Translations under genes and position numbers: made by a program
Notes under the pieces: generated by a model
Told to the model about the DNA's origin: nothing
What the model saw: the letters and a program-made list of their open reading frames with translations, nothing else
Databases searched by the model: none
Origin: Candidatus Eiseniibacteriota bacterium
Lineage (GTDB): Bacteria > Eisenbacteria > RBG-16-71-46 > CAZAMP01
Direction of reading: 5' to 3'
DNA: 64,000 nucleotides
Assembly: GCA_965224245.1 (NCBI GenBank)
Contig: OZ245046.1
Span: 4,256,001 to 4,320,000 of the forward strand
Shown here: positions 56,100 through 64,000 of the stretch, piece by piece
Numbering within the stretch: position 1 is the first letter of the stretch
How the letters are laid out: each line of letters begins with the position of its first letter

Positions 56100-59000
56100 A
56101 TGACGCTTCCCGAGATCGCGATCAAACGCCCCGTCACGATGCTGATGGTGCTGGTGAGCCTCTTCGTCCTGGGAGGCGTGGCACTCGTGCGCCTGCCGCT
56201 GGCGTTCCTCCCGGACTACGTCGAGCCCCAGCTCTTCGTGGTGGCTCCGTATCCGGGCGCGTCGCCGAAGCAGGTCGAGCGGACCATCGTCCGCCCGCTC
56301 GAGGAGGCCCTGGGCACGCTCTCGGGGCTCCGCGAGATGCGATCGTGGTGCAGCGGCGACATGGGACGCGTCAGCCTCGAGTTCGAGCACTGGCGCGACG
56401 TCCGCGCCGCCCACATCGAGGTCCGCGAGCGCATCGATCGCGCCAGGGGCGAGCTGCCCGACGACGTGGGCGACATCACGATCTCCGGCAGCTGGGACTC
56501 CGGCGAGGCGGAGCGACCGATCCTCGAGGCGCGCGTCGCATCGACGCGCGATCTGAGCGAGAGCTACGACCTCATCGAGCGGAAGATCGTCCGACCGCTG
56601 GAGCGGATCCCCGGGGTGGCGCAGGTCGGCCTCGACGGCGTGAATCCGAAGGAGGTGCGGATCAACCTGCGCCCGCGCGACGTGGCCGCTCACGGGCTCG
56701 ACGTGCGCGACGCGCTGTCGGTCCTGCTCGACAACAACCAGGACCTGAGCCTGGGACACGTGGGCGACGAGGAGCAGACGTTCGCCCTGCGGGCGATCGG
56801 GACGTTTCGTTCGGTCGAGGAGATCGGCGCGCTCCCCATCCGCGAGGACGGGCTCCGCCTCTCGGACATCGCGGACGTTCGCTACGAGGAGCCACCGCTC
56901 GAGCACGCCCGGCACCTCGACGGCGAGTTCGCGGTGGGGCTCACGATCAGCCAGGAGGCGAACGCCAACACGGTGGCGATCTGCGACGAGGTCTCCCGGC
57001 GGGTTCGCGCGATGGGCGACGATCCCGAGCTCCAGGGCGTCAACCTCCTCGTGTGGTCCGATCAGGGCGCCGAGATCCGGAACACGCTGGAGAGCCTCTT
57101 CGCCTCGGGCGTGTTCGGCGCCGCCCTGGCGTCGATCGTGCTGTTCGCGTTCCTCCGGCGTGTGACCAGCACGGCGGTGGCCGTGGCCAGCATCCCGTTC
57201 TCGCTGATCGTGGCCTGCGGCGTCCTCTGGTCCCAGGGACGGACGCTCAACACGATCACGCTTCTCGGGCTCATCGTCGGCATCGGCATGCTGGTCGACA
57301 ACGCCGTGGTGGTGATGGAGAACATCTTCCGCCACCAGGAACGCGGTCTGGATCGGGCGACCGCGGCCCGCCTGGGATCGCGCGAGGTGTCCACGGCCGT
57401 GATCGCGGCCACGTTGACGTCGGTGATCGCGTTCGTGCCGATGCTGTTCAATCGCCCGTCCGAGATGAGCGTGATCCTGCGCGAGCTGGCGATCACGGTG
57501 GGCGTCACGCTGCTGGCGTCGCTCTTCGTGAGCCAGACGCTGATCCCGCTGGCGATCGCCCACCTGCCGGCCGGCTCGCGGCCCCGGCGCGGCTGGCGCA
57601 CGCGCGCGATGGAACGCGGCTACTCGCGCATCCTGGCCTTCAGCCTGCGCCGCCGGTGGGTCGGCGTCGCGCTCGGGCTGGCGGTCACGGCCTCGGGCAT
57701 CTTCCCCGCCCTTCGCGTCGATCTGAACATGGACACGAACGAGGCCGAGATGTTCGTCACCGTCCGCTACGACTTCTCCGAGGAGCTGAGTCTCGACCGC
57801 AAGGAGCAGGTGGTCTCCCGGGTCGAGAACGCGCTCGATCCGCACCGCGAGGAGATGTCGGCCAAGTCGATCTACAGCTTCTGGAGCGAGAACTTCGCCA
57901 TCACCCGCGTCTACCTGGAGGACGGCAGCGTGAACGAGCGCGAGATCGCGCGGGTGCGCGCGGCGCTCCGGCCGCTCTTGCCCGAGCTTCCCGGCGTGCG
58001 CCTGGAGGTCATGGACTCCGGACCGTTCTGGCGCCGCGACCGGGGCAAGCGGGTGGCGTTTCAGATCTACGGCGAGGACTCCGACGTGATCGCCGATCTG
58101 GCCGAGAAGGCCAAGGACCGCCTCCGCGAGATCGACGGCCTCGTGGAGCCGTTCTCCAGCGCCGAGGGCGGCAGCGACGAGCTGCACGTCGAGCTGGATC
58201 GAGAGCGCGCGCTCGCGTTCGGCATCCCGTTTCGGCAGCCCTCGGACGTCGTCGGTCTGACGTTCCGCGGACGCTCGCTGCCCAAGTACCGTGGGGACGG
58301 CAACGAGCGCGAGATGCGTCTCCTCCTGGACGAGCGCGAGACCGCGACGCTGAGCCAGCTCGAGAACCTGCCGCTCGAGAACCGGGACGGCGAGACGATC
58401 CCGCTGGCCTCGATCGCCACGTTCGAGGTGCGATCGGGCCCCTCGCGCGTGATGCGCGAGGACCGGCTCACCAGCGTCTGGGTCGGGGCGCGCTACGACG
58501 AGGGCACGCGGCGCGACTATCTGCCGCAGGTGGAGGCCGCCCTCGCCACCCTGGAGTTCCCCGACGGATACGGCTGGACGATGTCCCGGACCGACGAGCG
58601 GAAACGCCGTCAATCGACGGAGTTCGTGACCAACCTGTCGCTGGCGCTCCTGTTGATCTTCGCGGTCATGGCCAGCCTCTTCGAGAGCGTGCGCCAGGCG
58701 GTGGGACTGATGGTGTCGCTGCCGTTCGCGATCTCCGGCGCGGCGTGGACGCTCTATCTGACCGGCACCGACTTCGATCAGCCGGCCGCCGTCGGTCTCC
58801 TGGTGCTGATCGGCGTGGTCGTGAACAACGGCATCGTCATGCTGGAGCACGTGAACACGTACCGGCGCGCCGGACGCTCACGAACGCACGCGATCATGCG
58901 AGGGGGTCGCGAGCGACTCCGCCCGATCCTCATGACCACGCTGACCACGCTCATCAGCCTCACCCCGATCGTCGTCCAGCGGCCGGCGCTGGCCGGCGTG

Positions 59001-59183
59001 TACTACTACTCGATGGCGCTGGTGATCATGGGCGGGCTCCTGGTCTCGACCGTGCTGACGCTGTTCGTCCTGCCCACGAGCACGATCCTGGCCGAGGACA
59101 TCCCGGCCGGACTGGCCCGGCTCATCGGCGGTGTGTTCCGGCGGGGGCTCCGGCGCCCGATCCCCGAGGCCGGGGCCCGGTGA
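56100..59183 (+). CDS. RND efflux permease subunit 2
   Basis: RPVT, MLVDNAVVV, VNNGIV and RLRPILMT. Confidence 0.95.
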   Translation: MTLPEIAIKRPVTMLMVLVSLFVLGGVALVRLPLAFLPDYVEPQLFVVAPYPGASPKQVERTIVRPLEEALGTLSGLREMRSWCSGDMGRVSLEFEHWRDVRAAHIEVRERIDRARGELPDDVGDITISGSWDSGEAERPILEARVASTRDLSESYDLIERKIVRPLERIPGVAQVGLDGVNPKEVRINLRPRDVAAHGLDVRDALSVLLDNNQDLSLGHVGDEEQTFALRAIGTFRSVEEIGALPIREDGLRLSDIADVRYEEPPLEHARHLDGEFAVGLTISQEANANTVAICDEVSRRVRAMGDDPELQGVNLLVWSDQGAEIRNTLESLFASGVFGAALASIVLFAFLRRVTSTAVAVASIPFSLIVACGVLWSQGRTLNTITLLGLIVGIGMLVDNAVVVMENIFRHQERGLDRATAARLGSREVSTAVIAATLTSVIAFVPMLFNRPSEMSVILRELAITVGVTLLASLFVSQTLIPLAIAHLPAGSRPRRGWRTRAMERGYSRILAFSLRRRWVGVALGLAVTASGIFPALRVDLNMDTNEAEMFVTVRYDFSEELSLDRKEQVVSRVENALDPHREEMSAKSIYSFWSENFAITRVYLEDGSVNEREIARVRAALRPLLPELPGVRLEVMDSGPFWRRDRGKRVAFQIYGEDSDVIADLAEKAKDRLREIDGLVEPFSSAEGGSDELHVELDRERALAFGIPFRQPSDVVGLTFRGRSLPKYRGDGNEREMRLLLDERETATLSQLENLPLENRDGETIPLASIATFEVRSGPSRVMREDRLTSVWVGARYDEGTRRDYLPQVEAALATLEFPDGYGWTMSRTDERKRRQSTEFVTNLSLALLLIFAVMASLFESVRQAVGLMVSLPFAISGAAWTLYLTGTDFDQPAAVGLLVLIGVVVNNGIVMLEHVNTYRRAGRSRTHAIMRGGRERLRPILMTTLTTLISLTPIVVQRPALAGVYYYSMALVIMGGLLVSTVLTLFVLPTSTILAEDIPAGLARLIGGVFRRGLRRPIPEAGAR

Positions 59184-59220
59184 GTAGCCGTCCGTCGACC
59201 CACTCCATGCCGGGACGTCC

Positions 59221-60156
59221 ATGAGCGAGCCCGCTCCGCTTCGCATCGATCTCGACCAGCCGCGCCGCGGGTATCGCGAGTTCATCAGCGCGTGGCTCGT
59301 CGTGCGGGACGACGTGCGGTATGTGGTCGACCCGGGGCCGACGTCCACCATCCCGCATCTGATCGAGCGAACCCGGGCGCAGACAGAGCGGCTGGATCTC
59401 GTCCTCCTCACCCACATCCACATCGATCACGCGGGTGGCACGGGGGCGGTCGTCTCGGCGTTTCCCGGGTGCAAGGTCGCGTGTCTGCCGCGTGCGCGGG
59501 CGCACCTCGTGGATCCGTCGCGGCTCTGGGCCGGATCGCGCGCGGTGCTCGGCGACGTGGCCGACATGTACGGTCCCATCCTGCCCGTACCCGAGGACGC
59601 CTTCGCCGGTGACGACGACCTCGAGCGGCGCTCGCTCGTGATGATCCCGACGCCCGGGCATGCCCCGCACCACGTCGCGTTCCGTGACGGGGGCCGCGTC
59701 TTCGTGGGCGAGGCGCTGGGCACGCGCGCCGGCACCGCGAGCGGAATCTACCGCCGGCCGGCCACGCCGCCGCGGTTCGAGCGGGAGGTCGCGCTCGCGT
59801 CGATCGATCGGATCGGCGCGCTGGAGGACGTTGAGCGGTTTCACTTCGGGCACCACGGCGAGGAGGCGCTCGGCGACGGCGCCGTCGCGGCCGCGCGCGA
59901 TCAGCTCCGGCGGTGGACGGACGTCGTGCGGCGCGTGCTCGCGGACGGGGGCTCGGGATCGGGTCAGGGATCCGGTGGCGGACCGGACGGCTGGACGTCC
60001 CGGTGTCGCGACGCGCTCCTCGCGAGCGACCCCGATTTCGCGCGGCTCACCGAGCTCGACGACGACGTCCGGGAGCGTGAGGAGACGTTCGTCGTGAACT
60101 CGCTGACGGGCATGCGGGGATGGGTGGAATCGGTCCGGTCAGGGGAATCGGACTGA
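59221..60156 (+). CDS. MBL-fold metallo-hydrolase
   Basis: VDPG, THIHIDHAGG, PGHAPHH and FGH. Confidence 0.92.
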   Translation: MSEPAPLRIDLDQPRRGYREFISAWLVVRDDVRYVVDPGPTSTIPHLIERTRAQTERLDLVLLTHIHIDHAGGTGAVVSAFPGCKVACLPRARAHLVDPSRLWAGSRAVLGDVADMYGPILPVPEDAFAGDDDLERRSLVMIPTPGHAPHHVAFRDGGRVFVGEALGTRAGTASGIYRRPATPPRFEREVALASIDRIGALEDVERFHFGHHGEEALGDGAVAAARDQLRRWTDVVRRVLADGGSGSGQGSGGGPDGWTSRCRDALLASDPDFARLTELDDDVREREETFVVNSLTGMRGWVESVRSGESD

Positions 60157-60371
60157 ACAAAGCCGCCGATCTGACCCTGTCGAGGCCTCACAGTGCTCCG
60201 GGCTGGTGGGCGGGCTTTGCTGAAGCTCATCCGGAATCGCGGGGTGGCGGAGTTCGTCTCGAGACCTCGACGTCGAACGTCGAGCCTCGTTCGCGCGTCG
60301 GCGGCTCTGCGCTCGCCGCTCCCGCCGGATGCCGGAGGTGGTGATCGTACCCGGGTATCGGGGACAATGCG

Positions 60372-60494
60372 GGGCGCTGGGTGCTCGGTGCTGGGCGCTG
60401 GGTGCTGGGCGCTGGGTGCTGGGCGCTGGGTGCTCGGCGCGGGCGCTGGGTGCTCCACGCGGGCGCTGGGCGCTCGGCGCGGGCGCTGGGCGCC
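60372..60494 (+). repeat. G-rich 7-bp tandem repeat (GGG[C/T]GCT) shifting to a 20-bp period
   Basis: Nine consecutive heptamers at 60372-60434, then units such as GGGCGCT-GGGTGCT-CCACGC. Confidence 0.95.
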
Positions 60495-60631
60495 GGGGCA
60501 CCCGGCTCGACGGTGATCGGCGATGCGGTCGTGCCTCGGGACGTCGCCGACTCGCGCGCGAACGTCTCCAGTGCGGCGGGTCAGAGCGCGGGCCGGAGTG
60601 TGTTAAAGTATTGTCACGTATTGATTTATGC

Positions 60632-60660
60632 TTGACTTCGCCCGGCCGTTCCGGTAGTCT
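60632..60660 (+). promoter_or_regulatory. sigma70-like promoter of the HNH element
   Basis: TTGACT-N17-TAGTCT, preceded by an AT-rich tract (60600-60631). Confidence 0.6.
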
Positions 60661-60914
60661 TCTCACGTCGATCAGCCCCAGATCGACGGACCTCTCCCCC
60701 GCGGTGGATCGAGCAGTTGCCAGTTCCTTCGCCGCGCACGCCCCGGGCGATGGCGTTCACCGGTCGATCTCCGTCAGCGCCGATTGATGACGCGGCGCCG
60801 TGCGATCGGATCGGCCGGTCGTCCGAGGCTCAACACCGTCGACTGAGGGGTGCATCATGCGGGTATCCAGGTCCGAGCCATCGCGTGTCGCGAACGTGTC
60901 CCGCACGAACACGA

Positions 60915-61037
60915 GCCGTCTCCAGGGGGCGGACGTTCGGAGCGACGCGCGCTCCCGTCTTCAGGGGACGGACGTTCGGAACAACGCGCGCTCCCGTCTT
61001 CAGGGGACGGACGCTCGGCGCGAGGCGCGCTCGCGTC
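60915..61037 (+). repeat. 39-bp tandem repeat, about 3 copies (in frame, SRLQGTDVRNNAR-like)
   Basis: Unit GCTCCCGTCTTCAGGGGACGGACGTTCGGAACAACGCGC with no unique spacers. Confidence 0.9.
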
Positions 61038-61449
61038 GCGCCTGCCGGCGGCTGGAGCGCGTGCGACGTCTGGAAGGCCGCGCCAGCGTCGCGGTCGCGC
61101 TGTCGTTCGCCGAGATCGACGCCGAGCACCACTACCGCGTGCTCGGCTTCACCTCGATGCTGGCGTACGCGACCGAGCGACTGGAGATGTCGGCGTCGCG
61201 GTGTCATCAGCTGCGGGGGCTGTCCGAGCGGATGCGGGAGTTCCCGGCGCTCCGCGACGCGATGGCGTCGGGCCGGCTGAGCTGGACGAAGGCGCGCGCG
61301 ATCGCGCCGATCCTGACCGCCTCGTCCGCGGATGCGTGGATCGGGCTGGCGTCGCGTCTGTCGCGTCGGGAGCTGGAGCAGCGGATCGCGGACGCCCGGG
61401 CGGCGGCGCGGCGGGCGGTCGGTGGCGCGGCCCAGGAGACGATCCGGGT

Positions 61450-61655
61450 CGATCCGGCGGCGGTGGCCGACTCGGCGACGGTGGCGGACTCCACCGCGGT
61501 GGTCGATTCCGCCACCGTCGTCGAACCTGCCACGGTCGGCTCCACCGCGGTGGTCGACTCCGCCGCGGTGGTCGACCCTGCCGCGGTGGTCGACTGCGCT
61601 ACCCCGGTCGACCCAGCCGGGGTGCTCGACGCCGCCGCGAAGGTCGGCGATGCCG
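61450..61655 (+). repeat. Degenerate 18-bp in-frame repeat (AVVDSA-type hexapeptide)
   Basis: GCGGTGGTCGACTCCGCC-like units encoding AVADSA/TVADST/AVVDSA/AVVDPA. Confidence 0.85.
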
Positions 61656-62485
61656 CCGCGACATCGCCGCCGACGCTCGAGGTGACCCTCGAGCTGCGCG
61701 TCCGTCTCGATACCCTCTCCCATGCGCACGCCGAGGCCGCGTGGGAGCACGCCCGGAAGCACGGGTTCCGGGGCTCGAAGGCGGAGTTCGTCGTCGCGGC
61801 GATGGCGATGTTCGCGAACGCCCTGTCGTCGGGGTTGGCGGCTCGGTCGACGGCGTCGGGAGCGGCGGCTCGGTCGACGTCGGCGCCGTCCTCCTCATCC
61901 CCGTCGGCTTCCTCATCCCGCGTGCGTCCTGCGTCTCCGGCGTCTCCGTCGTCGTCGGCGTCCCCCTCGGGCGTCATGGCCCACGACGTCTTCCTCATCG
62001 ACGGCGATGGTGGCAGGAGCGGGACCGCGGTCGTGCTATCAGATCGTCGTCCAGGACTGTCCGACCTGTCGACGGGCGCGCATCGGGGATCGTGCGCTTC
62101 CCGACGTCATGCGCCGGGCCATTCTTGCCGACGCGGACGTCGTCGATGCCCGGGGCCGGCGTCGCGCCAGCATCGCGCCGAGCCTGCGGCGACGCGTGCT
62201 CGCACGCGACGAGCACCGATGTCGTGTACCCGGGTGCAACAGCCGGCATCACCTCGCGGTGCATCATCGGCTGCCCGTGGAGCTCGGGGGTCGGAACACG
62301 CTGGAGACCTGGCCACGGTGTGCTGGCGCTGTCACGCCGCGTTGCACGCGATGCCGGTGGCCGCGGCGCGCGAGGTGTGGCTCGACGCGCGACGGCGCGA
62401 GTGACCGCGAGTCGCGAACGACGGAACGAGCTCCCGCGCCAGGTGCGGGAGGCCGTCTCCGGCGTCGCAACCTCTCGGGGACGTG

Positions 62486-62566
62486 AACGGGCGACGGGCC
62501 TCATCGGTATCCAACGGGCGACGGGCATCATCGGTACCCAACGGGCGACGGGCATCATCCGGATCA
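62486..62566 (+). repeat. 27-bp tandem repeat, 3 copies
   Basis: AACGGGCGACGGGC(C/A)TCATCGGTA(T/C)CC units; the third copy diverges at its end. Confidence 0.9.
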
Positions 62567-63263
62567 CGAGGGTCACGTGCGCCGAGAGGTTCACCACCGT
62601 CATCTCTGGACTCTCGTCCAGCCGACGATGGCGTTCCTCGAGCTGCTCGACGGTCAGGAGGTAGGTGTCGAACGTGTACTGCTCGGCCGGATGCTCGAAG
62701 CTCGACGTCTGCAACCAGCGACGGTGGTGAGCGATTCAGGCCCTCTTGCTCTGAGTGTGCGTGCAGCCCCGGCGGAGCATGAACGTGCCCGGGCGATGTC
62801 GCGCCGGTGTCAGCTCTCGTCCCACCGCGTCGCGACATCGGCACAGAACGCGGGCCGACACCTCCGTCGCGTCACTCACGCCCGGCTCCTCTTGCATGCG
62901 GCTCTGGCGCCGCCGGCGCCGACCCGCGACCGGGGCTCTGACCCCGCTCATGCTCAACACAGGACGACGGTGCAATCGCGGGCCGGTCGTTCCATACGGT
63001 CCGGTGTGAAACGGGACGCGTCGAGACACGTTCCGCCGCGGCGCGCGCCTCCTCGTGGGCGAGGGTCCGGCCCCGCGCAGGCACGTCGACCGGATCCACT
63101 GCGAGACCGACCGTGTACCGCCGTCTCTGCTGGGCTACAATCGTGGCTACGTCGATCGACTCTTCGGACACCCCGCGCTGGACGCTCGGTGTTCGACCTT
63201 CACCCTGCCCCGCATCCGTCCATCGAGCCAGCGCGGATCACCGACGACCGAGGGGAGGAATCC

Positions 63264-64000
63264 GTGACGGTCCACCTCACACGATGCGCCGCCCTCGTCG
63301 TGATCCTGGCGCGAGCCGGTCTCGCGGAACCGATGCCCGATTACCTGACCTCCGCAGAGCCCTACGCCGTGGACTTCATGATCGGCGGCGAGCTCGACGA
63401 CGAAGCGAGCTACCTCTATCAGCCCCGCGATCTCGCGATCGATGCCGACGGCAATCTCTTCGTGCTGGACACGAAGGGCTACTGCATCAAGAAGTTCGAC
63501 CCGACCGGAGAATACCTGGCCACGTTCGGGCGACAGGGCGAGGGACCCGGCGAGATGGAGCGCGCATACTCGATGTCGCTCGATCCGGAAGGCAACGTCG
63601 TCATCTACGACACCCAGCAGCGGCGGTTCACCACGTTCGGTCCGGATGGAACGCCGACCGAGACGGTCGGACTGTACGAGCTCGGCCGGCGCTCCATCCG
63701 GGACTTCGAGATCGGGCCGCGCGGATCGGTCTACGTCGTCACGCGGTGGCAGGACTGGGTCGAGCTCAGCCGTCCGGCGCTCTTCGTGCTCGAGCGGCTC
63801 GATCTCGACACGCTCGAGGAGACGCCGATCGACTCGACGCGCGCGACCGACATGTACGTCGTGCGGGACGGGAACACCACGTGGTCGGTGAGCGCCCCGT
63901 TCCCCCATCACCTGCGCTGGGGTGTCGCCCCCTCCGGAAAGGTGGTCACCTGCGACTCGGGCGACTACGTGATCGAGATCTACTCACCGGAGCTCCGGCT
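63264..64000 (+). CDS. Secreted NHL / 6-bladed beta-propeller protein (runs off the window)
   Basis: GGGAGGA RBS and GTG start; signal-like N-terminus; PRDLAIDADGNLFVLD...KKFDPTGEYLATFGRQGEGPGE. Absent from the ORF track because there is no stop. Confidence 0.85.
   Translation, partial: MTVHLTRCAALVVILARAGLAEPMPDYLTSAEPYAVDFMIGGELDDEASYLYQPRDLAIDADGNLFVLDTKGYCIKKFDPTGEYLATFGRQGEGPGEMERAYSMSLDPEGNVVIYDTQQRRFTTFGPDGTPTETVGLYELGRRSIRDFEIGPRGSVYVVTRWQDWVELSRPALFVLERLDLDTLEETPIDSTRATDMYVVRDGNTTWSVSAPFPHHLRWGVAPSGKVVTCDSGDYVIEIYSPELR

Larger units (their letters stand above)
60857..62404 (+). pseudogene. DUF222-like/HNH endonuclease gene with two compensating frameshifts (real or assembly error)
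   Basis: N-terminal LGFTSMLAYATERL...ASGRLSWTKAR. The HNH core YQIVV..CPTC...VLARDEHRCRVPGC...VHH..GG.N lies in another frame (about 61970-62308). LATVCWRCH..LH returns to the first frame at 62309. Confidence 0.8.

Noticed and set aside
60915-61037. 39-bp repeats as a possible CRISPR array
   Set aside because: Units are head-to-tail with no unique spacers, are in frame within a CDS, and no cas genes are present.
62486-62566. 27-bp repeats as a mini-CRISPR
   Set aside because: Tandem copies without spacers.

Overview
A high-GC bacterial window with about 43 credible CDSs; most of the long ORFs in the track are antisense shadows. The lineage cannot be fixed from the sequence, but secreted proteases with FlgD-Ig or 'SWxxLR' C-termini suggest an FCB-related or candidate-phylum organism. 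Content from left to right: (1) a 9-kb block of ABC exporter, APH-like kinase and a glycosyltransferase-APH fusion, wrapped around an oppositely oriented ECF sigma / zinc anti-sigma / TPR-CHAT protease triad; (2) housekeeping and envelope genes (membrane Ser/Thr kinase, argS, flippase, carbamoyltransferase, pepD, HTH-PTS IIA, DTW protein, 5'-3' exonuclease, degenerate REC-GGDEF, rnd, M16 protease, lepB), including an ArsC-family selenoprotein (UxxC plus SECIS-like hairpin) that the ORF track splits in two; (3) a low-GC 4.6-kb island of pgm, an LsrK-like FGGY kinase and a TM/DUF5919-like/GmhB-type HAD fusion; (4) two M43 metalloprotease paralogues, a 6xLysM amidase, a dispersed MFP + 2xRND set, a Na+/proline symporter, a cytokinin-dehydrogenase-like FAD oxidase / SCP2 / BNR propeller with histone-H1-like tail / MoaD cluster, prs, tricorn protease and an MBL hydrolase; (5) a repeat-laden, doubly frameshifted DUF222-like HNH element and a partial NHL propeller gene. 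No rRNA, tRNA, CRISPR array, integrase or transposase was recognised. All family calls come from motifs read by eye, not from database searches.
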